Below are positions 48,678 through 59,484 of a stretch of 64,000 nucleotides of DNA, piece after piece. The stretch comes from Nitrospirota bacterium (GTDB lineage: Bacteria; Nitrospirota; UBA9217), in assembly GCA_963740085.1 (NCBI GenBank), contig CAVUCU010000001.1:64001-128000 (forward strand), written 5' to 3'. The notes beneath the pieces were generated by a model. That model searched no databases, was not told the origin of the DNA, and saw nothing but the letters and a program-made list of their open reading frames with translations. The stretch's first letter is position 1. Every line of letters starts with the position of its first letter. The position numbers and the translations under genes were made by a program.

Positions 48678-49532
48678 ATGCCCTACTATGAATTCACCAT
48701 CAGAATATCCGACGCGTTTAGAGATTCACTCATCCGGCAGCTGACCGATAATGGTTGTCTCGGCATGATAGAATCCGATGACTCCCTCTTGGCCTATTTC
48801 CCATCAGCCCTTGACGTCGACACGATCAAAAACGACCTTGCGCTCATCCAGACCCTGCTTGAAAAAGCGGGACACCGCCAGGAACTGGCCTATGAGTATG
48901 ACCTCATTCCCGACAAGGACTGGAACGAAACGTGGAAAAAGGGGTTCCAACCCGTTGACGCGGGAAAGCGCTTCACCATCCTGCCTCCCTGGGAAAAGAA
49001 AAGAAAGGGTCGGATCAACCTGATCATAGACCCCGGTATGGCCTTCGGAACCGGCCACCACGAGACCACCCGGTCCTGCCTTCTGCTCATGGAGAACTAT
49101 GCGTCAAAGACCGTCAGAGAGAGCTTTCTCGACCTTGGCGCGGGTACGGGCATCCTCGCCATCGCCGCAAGAAAGCTCGGGTACCGGCATGTCATCGGCA
49201 TCGATACGGACCTCCTCGCCGTTGATGCAGCGCGGGAGAACATCGTCATGAATAATGTCCCTGACATAGAGATCCGGAAAGAACGTCTTGACGAGCTCCA
49301 TGAGACCTTCGACGTCATCGTGGCAAACCTCATATCCGGCGTCCTGGTCCTGCTTGCCCCTGCGCTCTTCCCGCGCATGAATCCCGGCGGTATTGCCATT
49401 CTCTCGGGCATACTCTCCGGCCAGGAAGACGAAGTGATCGAGGCAATGGAACAGGAGGGTTTGCGGTTGCAGGAAACATATCGCGACGGCAAATGGATGT
49501 CGCTTGTCGTGGAACGGGGCAGGAAAGCCTGA
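48678..49532 (+). CDS. prmA: Ribosomal protein L11 methyltransferase
   Basis: DW...WK, IDPGMAFGTGHHETT, LDLGAGTGILAI, VANL and LSGIL motifs. Confidence 0.96.
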   Translation: MPYYEFTIRISDAFRDSLIRQLTDNGCLGMIESDDSLLAYFPSALDVDTIKNDLALIQTLLEKAGHRQELAYEYDLIPDKDWNETWKKGFQPVDAGKRFTILPPWEKKRKGRINLIIDPGMAFGTGHHETTRSCLLLMENYASKTVRESFLDLGAGTGILAIAARKLGYRHVIGIDTDLLAVDAARENIVMNNVPDIEIRKERLDELHETFDVIVANLISGVLVLLAPALFPRMNPGGIAILSGILSGQEDEVIEAMEQEGLRLQETYRDGKWMSLVVERGRKA

Positions 49533-49588
49533 GTTAAATACCCTTTGCCATCACCCTTTTTAAAATGGGCGCCAAATGCGCAAAAGAG

Positions 49589-49617
49589 TGTACAATTACA
49601 ACCGGGTTGTTTATAAT
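49589..49617 (+). promoter_or_regulatory. Promoter with a palindrome in the spacer, likely leaderless
   Basis: TGTACA-17bp-TATAAT; ACAACC-G-GGTTGT at 49598-49610; ATG 7 nt after the -10. Confidence 0.5.
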
Positions 49618-49624
49618 TACGGAA

Positions 49625-50560
49625 ATGATAAAAATACGACCTCTCGCGTTATTCACCACCATCCTCATTTCCTTTGCCGGGGTATTCGCGTGTTTCCCCC
49701 GTTGTGGTTGCGCCACTCCGGACTACGCACGTCAAACGGGCTTCGAGTGCAGTCACTGTCACGTCGATAGTATCGGCGGCGGTCCACTCACCCGGGAGGG
49801 GAAGGCCTTTCTTGACGACCTTAAGTCAAAGGGACTCTACCGGCCGTTGACCATGACACAGCGCGTTATACGACTTCTTGTCGGCTACCTCCACATGCTG
49901 GCGGCCATCATGTGGTTCGGGACGATCATGTATGTTCATCTCCTCCTGAAACCGGCCTACGCATCGAAAGGCCTGCCCAAGGGAGAACTGAGACTCGGCT
50001 GGATCTCCATGATCGTGCTCCTGATCACCGGGACACTCCTGACCATTGCCAGGATCCCCTCATGGGAAATGTTCTTCACAACTCGGTTCGGAATCCTCCT
50101 GGGTATCAAGATCGCACTGTTCCTGCTCATGTTTTCCAGCGCTGTTGTTGTTACGCTCTATATCGGACCAAAATTGAGAAAACAGAAGACTCTTGTTCCC
50201 GCAATGGACGGCAACGGAGCCTGCACGCTCGACGCCCTCTGCCGGTTTGACGGACAAGACGGACGTCCGGCCTACATAGCGTACAAGGGACTCCTCTACG
50301 ACATGACCGGAAGCAAGCTCTGGGGAAATGGCTCGCACATGATGAAACATGCGGCGGGTAACGATCTGACGGATATTCTGAGGACCGCGCCTCACGGTGA
50401 GGACAAGATACTGGCAATGCCTCTGGCGGGAAAGCTGCTTGCTCCCGCTGAAAAGCCCACGAGGCCGTTCCACATGAAGCTTTTTTATTTCTTTGCTTAC
50501 ATGAACCTTATTCTGGTTTTCGTCATTACGTTTGTTATCGCGCTGTGGAGATGGTGGTAA
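49625..50560 (+). CDS. Membrane protein: N-terminal monoheme cytochrome c, CopD-like TM domain, cytochrome b5-like domain
   Basis: Signal peptide; TPDYARQTGFECSHCH; HMLAAIMWFG and FGILLGIKI (CopD-like); FDGQDGRPAYIAYKG.LYDMT..W..G.H...H.AG.DLT...APHG (b5-like). Confidence 0.8.
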   Translation: MIKIRPLALFTTILISFAGVFACFPRCGCATPDYARQTGFECSHCHVDSIGGGPLTREGKAFLDDLKSKGLYRPLTMTQRVIRLLVGYLHMLAAIMWFGTIMYVHLLLKPAYASKGLPKGELRLGWISMIVLLITGTLLTIARIPSWEMFFTTRFGILLGIKIALFLLMFSSAVVVTLYIGPKLRKQKTLVPAMDGNGACTLDALCRFDGQDGRPAYIAYKGLLYDMTGSKLWGNGSHMMKHAAGNDLTDILRTAPHGEDKILAMPLAGKLLAPAEKPTRPFHMKLFYFFAYMNLILVFVITFVIALWRWW

Positions 50561-50662
50561 GCGCCTTTTGAAAGACACCTGCTTTTATCGCAAACGATCG
50601 GCCCCTGCCCGGAGCCGATATGCTGGCAAGCCCTGTGATATAATTGCCGCAAGGAGTACAAC

Positions 50663-52102
50663 GTGACCGAAGCAACCCTCACCCGCATTCTCTATATGGA
50701 AGACGACCCGGGTCATGCGCGGCTGCTTCAGAAGATCCTCCACCGGCGCGGACATGTCGTCGAAATCGCCACCAATGGTGAAGAAGGCCTCAAGATGCTC
50801 GATGCCAAGCACTACGATCTTCTGCTCCTCGATTACAATATGCCGTTCCCGGGCGGGATCGATGTCATACGCGCCCTTTCCGCCAAAAACGCGCTGCCCC
50901 CGACCATCATGGTTGCCGGTGAGGGCAATGAAATGGTCGCGGTCGTTGCCCTCATGCTCGGGGCCGCCGATTACCTCGTCAAAGACGCTGACATGAAATA
51001 TCTCGACCTGCTTCCCGCAGTGATCGACCAGGTACTGTATCGGCAGCCGATCCTCGGCAATATTTCCCAGGCAAAGCTGGCCGCGCCTCCCGGCGAAAGC
51101 TTATCACACTATTTGGATCTTTCTGAGCAAGCAACGTTCCGCGCGAAGAGCCTCACACAACAATTACTTACCTTCGCTCGCCGAGACTCCCCCGTCAAGA
51201 AGCTTCTCTCCGCAAAAAAGCTGATCGATGATTCTGCCGGCTTTGCTATCCGGGGCTCCAAGTCCCGCTGCGAATTCAAGGTAGCTCCCGACCTCTGGAC
51301 CATCGAAGCAGACGAGGGACAACTGGGTCAGGTGATCAACAACCTGGTCATGAACGCCGATCTGTCCATGCCTGAAGGCGGCACGGTTACCGTGAGCGGT
51401 GAGAATGTGGCTCTGACGGCGGACAATCCCCTCCTGCTAAAACCCGGGGAATACATCAAGATATCCGTGGCGGATCAGGGGGCCGGTATTCCGGAAGACA
51501 ACCTCAAAAAGATCTTCGACCCCTATTTCACCACGAAAGACAGGGGAATCGGACTTGGCCTTGCCACCTGCTACTCGATCATGAAACAGCACGACGGAGA
51601 CATCACGGTTGAATCAACGCCTGGCGAGGGTGCTACATTTTCTCTCTATCTTCCCGCCTCATCAGCCCAGACCGCTCCGGACTCTCCAGACACCGGTCGA
51701 GAGCCCCTGCACGGGACCGGCAGGATACTGGTCATGGACGACGAAGATATTGTCCGGGACGTACTTCACCGTTCACTCACTCATCTCGGCTATGTCGTTG
51801 TCAGTGCACATAATGGCAATGAAGCGATCACCCTTTATGAACAGGCCTTCAAAAGCGCCCAGCCTTTCGACGCCGTCATCATGGACCTGACCATACCGGG
51901 CGGCATGGGCGGCAGGGAAGCGGTGATCAAACTGCGCGAGATCGACCCGGCAGTGAGGGCGATCGTCTCAAGCGGTTATTCAGACGACCCTATCATGGCC
52001 CACTTCAAGGACTACGGCTTCAGCGGCGTCGTATCCAAGCCCTACACGCTCAAGGCCCTGAGCGAGACCGTACATTCGGTCATCTCAGGAAACGCAGCCT
52101 GA
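50663..52102 (+). CDS. REC-HATPase-REC hybrid kinase-like protein lacking the H-box
   Basis: REC (LLDYNMP) is joined directly to ILGNISQAKL with no AHDFNN; N, G1, F and G2 boxes and the C-terminal REC are intact. Confidence 0.85.
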   Translation: MTEATLTRILYMEDDPGHARLLQKILHRRGHVVEIATNGEEGLKMLDAKHYDLLLLDYNMPFPGGIDVIRALSAKNALPPTIMVAGEGNEMVAVVALMLGAADYLVKDADMKYLDLLPAVIDQVLYRQPILGNISQAKLAAPPGESLSHYLDLSEQATFRAKSLTQQLLTFARRDSPVKKLLSAKKLIDDSAGFAIRGSKSRCEFKVAPDLWTIEADEGQLGQVINNLVMNADLSMPEGGTVTVSGENVALTADNPLLLKPGEYIKISVADQGAGIPEDNLKKIFDPYFTTKDRGIGLGLATCYSIMKQHDGDITVESTPGEGATFSLYLPASSAQTAPDSPDTGREPLHGTGRILVMDDEDIVRDVLHRSLTHLGYVVVSAHNGNEAITLYEQAFKSAQPFDAVIMDLTIPGGMGGREAVIKLREIDPAVRAIVSSGYSDDPIMAHFKDYGFSGVVSKPYTLKALSETVHSVISGNAA

Positions 52103-52267
52103 GCCTTGCCTTCTGTATGATGCACATCATAGCCCTCTCCATCGATATATGCTATCGTAAGTTCACCTAAGGGGTCGGAAACCGCAGCGTTAAGATGTTT
52201 GCAGATGACGACGCATCGCGACTCTGAACCTTGAACTGCGAAATTCATTTCTGCACACGGAGGCACC

Positions 52268-52582
52268 ATGGAAATGCTCGACTTGAAGAAACTGATCACG
52301 TTCAAACCCGACCGGATCTCGCGCGAGATGCTTTCGGACAAACCCGAGATGCGCGTCGCGCTCATGTGCCTGGATGCAGGCCAGAAGCTTGATCCCCATA
52401 AGGCGCCGCTCCGGCTCTTGATGTACTGTGTCCAGGGCAAAGGAACCTTCACGGTGGGCGATGAAAAAAGGGAGGCCGATGAGAAGACCTGCATCTTGTG
52501 CGAACCCAATGTTTCGCACGGCTTTGCCGCCGACAGGGGAGAAAAGCTTGTGGTCATGGCGATCGTTACACCGGTCGACTGA
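52268..52582 (+). CDS. Cupin domain protein
   Basis: GQKLDPH, G.G.F.VG and P.VSHG motifs; GGAGG SD. Confidence 0.85.
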   Translation: MEMLDLKKLITFKPDRISREMLSDKPEMRVALMCLDAGQKLDPHKAPLRLLMYCVQGKGTFTVGDEKREADEKTCILCEPNVSHGFAADRGEKLVVMAIVTPVD

Positions 52583-52640
52583 GTTCCGGGAAGGATTGCG
52601 ATCCCAGCGCCGTAGGAAGCCAAAGACTTAGAGAATCAAC

Positions 52641-52676
52641 GAAAAGGCCCCTGTTTAAAGAGGGGCCTTTGCTTTT
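52641..52676. terminator. Probable bidirectional terminator between the cupin and HPP genes
   Basis: AAAGGCCCCT-GTTTAAAG-AGGGGCCTTT between convergent genes. Confidence 0.75.
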
Positions 52677-52717
52677 CAAAAGGAAGAGGCTTTTCTGAGG
52701 ATAATACCTCTATTCTT

Positions 52718-53263
52718 TCACAACCAGTACTCGGGATATCTCCTGTTTTTTGACAGGTTGTTCACGAGCAAAGCTACAATAAGCAGAATGACCGCCCCTG
52801 CCCCGGCAGGAACGAAGGCGTATAAATACGAGAGATTGTGGATTTTTGCGCCGCCGATGACCGCGATCAGCGCAGTAGCGCCTCCAGGCGGGTGGAGTGT
52901 CTTCGTAGCAAGCATCGCGACTATGGCGAGGGAAACGGCCATGGCTGCCGCCATCCAGATATTCTCGCCCAAAAGTTGGTAGCAGACCACCCCCACAAGA
53001 CCTGAGATGATATGACCACCGATGAGATTGCGAGGCTGCGCCAGAGGGCTCTTGATTGCGGCATACACCAGGACAGCTGACGCCCCAAAGGATCCGATCA
53101 ACAGGGTCGAATCCCGTGGCTCAAAGTACTGCAATGAACAATACCCGCAAATGCCGATACCGATCGCTGCCCCGATCCATGACCAGACAAGTTCGGAGAT
53201 ACCGACCCCCGGGGGGCTCTTTGCCCCGCCTTTCATTTTCAAAAGATATTCCGAGATGCTCAT
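52718..53263 (-). CDS. HPP family membrane protein
   Basis: GSFGASAVL, SPLAQPRN, GGH, HPPGGATAL and RYP.YW motifs. Confidence 0.93.
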   Translation of the reverse strand: MSISEYLLKMKGGAKSPPGVGISELVWSWIGAAIGIGICGYCSLQYFEPRDSTLLIGSFGASAVLVYAAIKSPLAQPRNLIGGHIISGLVGVVCYQLLGENIWMAAAMAVSLAIVAMLATKTLHPPGGATALIAVIGGAKIHNLSYLYAFVPAGAGAVILLIVALLVNNLSKNRRYPEYWL

Positions 53264-53313
53264 AAATGAGGTTCACTCTTCAGAGAAGCACTGGACAGCA
53301 GGTAACGAGATCT

Positions 53314-53377
<64 letters not shown>

Positions 53378-53380
53378 TAC

Positions 53381-53968
53381 TCAACTCTTTTGCCCTATCG
53401 CCCTCACAATGTCAGCACGGGAAACAATGCCGAGAAGCTTCCCAGCGTTATCGACGACCGGCAGCCTCTTGATCCTCCGTTCTTCAAATATTTTAGCCAC
53501 CTCCATGACCTCGTCGTCAGCCTTGCTCGTAATCGGAGGGAAGCTCATGACATCCTCAACCTTGTTTCCTCCGGAACGGGCAGGCACGGGCTCGCCCAGG
53601 ATAGTGCGAAGAATATCCTTGAACGTGTGCTCCCTCTTCATGCCCGCAAGAGTCAGAATGTCCGCCTCGCTGATGACGCCGATCACGCGGTTGTTCTCGT
53701 CGACAACCGGCATGCCGCTGATCCTGTTCTCCGACAAAAGCCGTGCGGCCTCGTGCAGGTCGGCATTCCGCTTAACGCTTACCACGGTTGTCATCATAAT
53801 TTCCTTCACGAGGACCCGTGAGATCGTCCGCTCTCGCGCATGCCGGAGAGCGATCTCATATATCTTTTTGAGATCCTCCTCGGTGATATCCATATAAGCC
53901 TTCATCTCTTTGAGTGCCGCCCTCAGGTCCTCTTCCGAAGGCGATGAACAGAGATTTCGGGGATCCAT
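53381..53968 (-). CDS. CBS-pair protein (type usually associated with HPP)
   Basis: YMDITEEDL, ISGMPVVD, IKRLPVVD and GIVSRAD motifs; GAGGAGG SD. Confidence 0.9.
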   Translation of the reverse strand: MDPRNLCSSPSEEDLRAALKEMKAYMDITEEDLKKIYEIALRHARERTISRVLVKEIMMTTVVSVKRNADLHEAARLLSENRISGMPVVDENNRVIGVISEADILTLAGMKREHTFKDILRTILGEPVPARSGGNKVEDVMSFPPITSKADDEVMEVAKIFEERRIKRLPVVDNAGKLLGIVSRADIVRAIGQKS

Positions 53969-54047
53969 ATGCCTCCTCAATATAAGGGAATTCGTCGAGT
54001 AAAGTATAAGATAAACCGGCGGCTGTCGGTATGATGCACGTCATATA

Positions 54048-54944
54048 CTACTTCTTCTGGTCCTCGGTCCTTACGACGAGCCAGTACACCAGGCCGATGA
54101 CCAGAATCGCCGCGATCAGATAGTAGATGGATTCGGGGCGTTCATGCTTGAGCGTGGCGATCATCGTCTCCCGGATCATCGTGACGAGGGCAACGCCGAT
54201 GAACACGCTGATATGGAATTTGCCGCCTTTGAGGTGGGCTATTTCGGTGTTCATGAGCTCGATCAGCAGCCAAAGGATAAGCATGGACCCGAGGGCAGAG
54301 ATGATGCCCCGTTCGAGATCGCCTGCGAGAAGATGTCCTACGTCAATGACAAATAGTCCGACCACGCCGAGCGTCAGGCCGATAAGCGCGAGGACAAGGA
54401 CAAGGTTCATGGATTGAGAGAAGCGTTCCGAAAAAGCGATGAGCGAGCTTTTTACCTTGTATGCCGGGGAATAGATCCGTAACTCTTCCTCGATATAGGC
54501 CGTAGTGATCACGTCCAGGCTGATATCGAGGATCTTGCCTACGGAAATTATCTTGTTGGTAGCCTCGACCTTGTCCTCCTCGTTCTTCTGGATAATGCCT
54601 ATGCATGCGTTCTTCACGAGGTTAACGGCCCGGTTCATGTAATGGGCATCGACGTTATGTTTGACGTGGGTCAACCCGATGCGAATAAGTTGCTCGTAGA
54701 ACCGGTTGTCGTACGTTCCTGAAAAGAGTTCGCGGAACCAGACATTCTGCGCGCTGAAAACGTGCTCTTTCCTTGACTCATCGTTAAAGAATTGGGCCGC
54801 GCCTTTGGTCCCCATGATCCAGAGACCGAGAGTGCTCATAACCTCTTCGCCGTGTTCTTCCATGAGTGGCTGCAACACAGCGAGGCGCTTCTCGTCTTCA
54901 TGCGTGAACCGGTAGTCGCCCTTTATTTCCCTGAAAGATCGCAC
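54048..54944 (-). CDS. Protoglobin (sensor globin) plus PsiE-like membrane domain protein
   Basis: GTG start with GGAGG SD; WF.ELF.G.YD, RIGLTHV, KILD globin segment; four C-terminal TM helices. Confidence 0.85.
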   Translation of the reverse strand: MRSFREIKGDYRFTHEDEKRLAVLQPLMEEHGEEVMSTLGLWIMGTKGAAQFFNDESRKEHVFSAQNVWFRELFSGTYDNRFYEQLIRIGLTHVKHNVDAHYMNRAVNLVKNACIGIIQKNEEDKVEATNKIISVGKILDISLDVITTAYIEEELRIYSPAYKVKSSLIAFSERFSQSMNLVLVLALIGLTLGVVGLFVIDVGHLLAGDLERGIISALGSMLILWLLIELMNTEIAHLKGGKFHISVFIGVALVTMIRETMIATLKHERPESIYYLIAAILVIGLVYWLVVRTEDQKK

Positions 54945-55065
54945 GTTATGTCCTCCCCAACGTTCCGAATGATCATTCACTGTTGAACCATCGTATCGGC
55001 CGATGGATGTTCACTTTCAGCGCAAGGCTGACCATCGCTTCGTTTCTTCGGTCATTCGGTTATCT

Positions 55066-55254
55066 TTAGCCGCTCCAGCTGATGGCCTGCACGGGGCAGG
55101 CATCGATCGCATCCTGGCACCTGCAGGTATCGCATTTGTCGGGACCCGTTACCTGCGATTTATCGTTCACGAGTTCAAATACCCGGGGACAGACCTCTGC
55201 GCAGTTGCCGCAGCCGATACAGGTATCCTCATCCACTACCGGCACCTTTGACAT
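55066..55254 (-). CDS. Single-cluster [4Fe-4S] ferredoxin
   Basis: CIGCGNCAEVCP...DACPVQAI. Confidence 0.92.
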   Translation of the reverse strand: MSKVPVVDEDTCIGCGNCAEVCPRVFELVNDKSQVTGPDKCDTCRCQDAIDACPVQAISWSG

Positions 55255-55267
55255 CAACGCTCCTGTC

Positions 55268-55520
55268 TTATATCATTTCAAAGTTCTTGATGAACTGCCC
55301 GACCTGCACGCCGAGATAGACGCATTTGATGCCGTCCATGCAGGCATCGGCGTCCTTTTTTTCGAGATGGGTCGTAAGTTCCTTGGCGCCTTTCTTGAAT
55401 TTGATGATATAGGCGTTCTTTTCCTTGTCAAAGTCAAGGCTGGCAGCGATGCCGTATTTCTCGAATCTCCGGATACATCTCCGTAATTTTGTCCTTTAAT
55501 GCGACATTTGTGTAGCCCAT
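55268..55520 (-). pseudogene. Small hypothetical protein of about 83 aa with a Cys pair; one extra base near 55465
   Basis: AGGAG SD; removing one base gives MGYTNVALKDKITEMYPEIEKYGI...HLEKKDADACMDGIKCVYLGVQVGQFIKNFEMI*. Confidence 0.65.
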
Positions 55521-55590
55521 GGTTTCTCCTTTCCCGGCAGGACTGTTTTCTTTGCACATCATCCGTACGCCGAATATGTTGTAAAAAGTA

Positions 55591-58051
55591 TTAACTGTTC
55601 TTAACTGCAGGGAGATAAATATAAAAGGTCGTCCCTTCTCCTGCCTGAGACTCCACGGTCATGAGACCGTCATGTCTCTTGATGATGGAATAACTGACCG
55701 CAAGACCGAGCCCCAGGCCCTTCTGGCTATAGGTGTCCTTGGTCGAATAATAGGGGTCGAATATCTTCGCCAGGTTTTCAGCGGGGATGCCGGCGCCGGA
55801 ATCCCGGATCGATATCCTCAGGTAATCCCCGTCCCGCAGCGGATAACTGTCCTTCGGTGAAATGCTCATGTTCTCTCCTCGAACGGTGAGCGTTCCGCCG
55901 TTCGGCATCGCCTCTTTTGCATTGATGACGATATTGGTAATAGCCTGCTTCATCTGTCCCTCATCAATTGCAACGCGATACAGATCGCCCGGGAAATCAA
56001 ATTCCGCCCTGATATTTGCTTCCTTCAGCAGGCCGCTGATGGTATTCACCGTCAATTCCGAAAGGGAAAGTATTTTTTTCATCGGGTCTCCGCCTGTGGC
56101 AAAGGTGATGAGGCGCCTGCTGAGCTCACTGGCTATTCCGCAGACATTTTCCGCATCGTCAAGCCTGCTGTAAGCCTTGTCACCCGGTTCCACCGACATT
56201 TTGGTGACCGCTATATTGCCGACTATTACGTTCAGGAGGTTGTTGAAATCATGGGCGATGCCTCCGGCAAGGATGCCGATCGACTCAAGCATATGCCCCT
56301 TCAGGCGCTCCTCCTCCGCTTTTTTTCTGTCGGTGAGGTCCACCATGATCGAAGCATAGCTTATTGCCTTCTGCGATTTGTCCCTTATCGCCACGGCGGT
56401 CAGCTCCACCGGTATTTTTCTTCCATCCTTTGCGAGCCGGACCGTTTCGTATCCGGAGAAGAACTCCTGCGTATTCAGGAGCATCATGCAGTGCCCCAGC
56501 TCCTTCTTGGCGATATCTTTCGGTATTACATCGGTAATGGGCCTGCCGATGATCTCTTGCGCGGGGTATCCGAGCATCTTCTCTGCCCCGCGGTTCCAGA
56601 CGATCGTATTGCCCTGCATGTCAATAGCACACACCGCGTTGGGAAGATTCTGTATGATCGAAGCAAGTAATCGTTCATGCTCTTCCGCTTTTTTCCGTTC
56701 CGTGATCTCCTCGAAAATACCCATGGACGCCGTGATCTTTCCCTCGGCATCGTGTATCGGGGCCGTCGAAAGGGCGACGTCGATCACGACCCCGTCTCTC
56801 CTCAGGCGCTGCGTCTCGATCGATTTTAACGTTTGTCCTTCGAATATTTTCCTGCGGAACTCCCGGAACTCCTCCTGCCTGTCATCGGGAATGAACGGGA
56901 GAGGTTCGCCGAGCACCTCATTCGCGGTCCAGCCGAATACCTGCTCCGCCGCCGGATTCCACAAGAGGCACGTTCCATCGTCGTCCATGATCGTTATCGG
57001 CAGCGGCGATGCCTTGATCAGCGTCTCGAGCCTGTGGTTGGCGGCCTGAAACTCTTTTTCGACCTGCTTGCGTTTTACGATCTCATTACTTGCCTGTCTG
57101 TACAGAATAACGCTCAGGATCCCGATAAGGGCGCTCCCGAACATTATGATAAATCCGATATTCCTGGATTTCATACCGGATACATGCCTGGCAACCATTT
57201 CAAGATCCTGTAAATAGATTATCTCCCAGCCCGGATAATTCATGATCTGAGCGCGATGGATCATATACCGGTTACCCGCGGTATCTGCGGCATGGTGCTT
57301 TATCCACTTTTTCCATGCCGGTCCATGCCAGAGGTGCCTTCCCGAACTGCTGTGAAGTCACGACGTCGGACAGTGACTGTTGAGACGTTTTCCAGAGAAC
57401 GTGATAAAGCCAGTCCGCATGGCTTGAAGCAAATATCACTCCATGAGGGTCTACCATCACGACTGCTCCATCATGCTGTCCGACAATCTCTTTTTCAACA
57501 ACATCAATGGATGCTTTGATCACCACGACGCCTGAAGGGCCCGTTTGTCCTTTCGCGTACACCGGGTGGCTGAAGTACACTCCCCGCTTTCCCGAGGTAA
57601 CCCCCAACGCCATGTACAACGATGGAGCACCTTCCATTGATTGTTTAAAATAGGGGCGGAAGGCGTAATTTCTTCCAACGAAGCTCCCGGGCGTATCGTG
57701 GTTGGAGGAAGCAATGGTCGATCCAGACCGGCCGATCAGATAACAAACATCAACTGCCAGGGCATGTTGAAAATGATCGAGGGTCGCATTTGCGTCCCGG
57801 ATCGTGTCTGGACGTACCGCCTCAAGCGCCTTGCTTATGTCCCTTATGCCTGCCAGCGAAGCAGTGATCTTTTGATAGTCGGACAGGTAAAGGTTTATCG
57901 CGTCAGCAATCACCGTTATTTCCGTATCTGCGTTCTTATAGTACTCCAGAAAGGAGCTTTTCTTGACGGAAGAATAGTAGAGGTATCCGCCTATTGATGC
58001 GGTCAGGAATGCAAGCAATGCAAATATGATCATAATAACGCGTATCTTCAC
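55591..58051 (-). pseudogene. Sensor histidine kinase (TM, DctB-like dCache, TM, 2 PAS, HisKA, HATPase); frameshifted near 57270-57300 as given
   Basis: N-part has NYAFRPYF and ALGVTSGKRG; C-part has a second TM, PAS repeats, LAGGIAHDFNN and GLGLGL. Confidence 0.85.
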
Positions 58052-58158
58052 TTGTCTCCCGCCCTTGATCGAGATCGCCCTCTTAAACACTGCTCCGGGA
58101 ACCCGGTTGTTAGAATATATCATATTTTCAGGCTGAAAGCCGGGTCCGGGTGTGTTTT

Positions 58159-59277
58159 TTAACCCAGCCTTTTTTTGAACCGGAGCGAACTGAGGGTGAA
58201 CACGACAACGCCGAGGAGGAAGAGTGCGAGCATCTGCGGCCAGAGAATGCTGAACCCTATCCCCTTCAGAAAGATACCCCGAATGATAATGAGAAAATAC
58301 CGCAAGGGGTTGGCATAGGTAAGATATTGAAATATCGTCGGCATGTTCTCAATAGGAAACATGAAACCCGACAGGAGGATCGCGGGCATAAAGAACAGGA
58401 ACGTGGCCATAAGCGCCTGTTGTAGTGTTTTTGCGACCGTCGAGATGAAGAGGCCGATGCCGAGCACGGACAAAAGATAAATGGCCGTTGACAGGGGAAG
58501 AAGCCATAACGGGCCATTGACGGGAATATTGAATATCAACACCCCAAAGATCGTAACAAAGACCATGTCCAGGAACGCGATCAAGGCAAACGGGATGGTC
58601 TTGCCGAGGATCAGTTCCGCCGGCCTGAGCGGGGTGACCATCAACTGCTCCATGGTGCCTATCTCCCGTTCGCGCACCACGGCCATGGAGGTAAGCAGGA
58701 GCGACGTCAGCATGATCACAATGGCAATGACGCCCGGGACATTATAATTCTTGCTCTTGAGTTCGGGATTGTACCATGCGCGCTGCCGAACATCGATCCG
58801 CGCCGCGGAATGCGCGTCGGGACCTGCAAGGTCCAGGGAATACTTCTTTATGATACCGTTCGCATAACCCACGGCTACCGTCGCGGTATTGGAATCCGTA
58901 CCATCGGCGATCACCTGGATCGACGCGGGAATCTTTCTTTTCACGTCAGCGGAAAATCCATGATTGATCTGGATCGCCACGGCAACCGCTGCCCGGTCCA
59001 GCAATTCCTTGACCTCGCCGGGCGTTGCCGGCGAGGCAAGAATTTTGAAATATCCCGAGGAGGCAAACCGCCTGACCAGTTCCCTGCTTTCAAAGGAATT
59101 GTCCAGGTCCATGACCGCGGTCGGGATATTATTCACATCGGTCGTCACGGCAAATCCGAAAACCAGGGTCTGGAGGACCGGCACCGCAAAAATGATCGCT
59201 TTCATCCGCTTATCCCGCAGTACCTGGATGAACTCCTTGATCACCATCTGTTTTATGCGTTCCAGGGCCTTATGCAT
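58159..59277 (-). CDS. ABC-2 type exporter permease (YbhR-like)
   Basis: KEFIQVLRD, DGTDSN, WYNP, REREIGTMEQL.VTP and LSGF.FPI motifs. Confidence 0.92.
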   Translation of the reverse strand: MHKALERIKQMVIKEFIQVLRDKRMKAIIFAVPVLQTLVFGFAVTTDVNNIPTAVMDLDNSFESRELVRRFASSGYFKILASPATPGEVKELLDRAAVAVAIQINHGFSADVKRKIPASIQVIADGTDSNTATVAVGYANGIIKKYSLDLAGPDAHSAARIDVRQRAWYNPELKSKNYNVPGVIAIVIMLTSLLLTSMAVVREREIGTMEQLMVTPLRPAELILGKTIPFALIAFLDMVFVTIFGVLIFNIPVNGPLWLLPLSTAIYLLSVLGIGLFISTVAKTLQQALMATFLFFMPAILLSGFMFPIENMPTIFQYLTYANPLRYFLIIIRGIFLKGIGFSILWPQMLALFLLGVVVFTLSSLRFKKRLG

Positions 59278-59410
59278 AAGATAGTTTCCCTCTGACAAGA
59301 TCAGCAACTCGTTGGATGTATGCTCGCCATCACGAGCGGCCGACGAATGACTTGAATTTTGAACCTTGATCTTTCGATGTACCCGTAAAAAGACTAAAAA
59401 ACACCAAAGT

Positions 59411-59484
59411 TGTCATTCTGAGCGCAGCGAAGAATCTCGCCTTTTCAATACGATGATAGACCCTTCACTTCGTTCAGGGTGTCA
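59411..59484. repeat. REP-like palindrome
   Basis: TGTCATTCTGAGCGCAGCGAAGAATCT ... AGACCCTTCACTTCGTTCAGGGTGTCA. Confidence 0.75.

Noticed and set aside
49625-50560. Cyc2 iron oxidase
   Set aside because: The heme motif is similar, but the rest is alpha-helical TM plus b5, not a porin.
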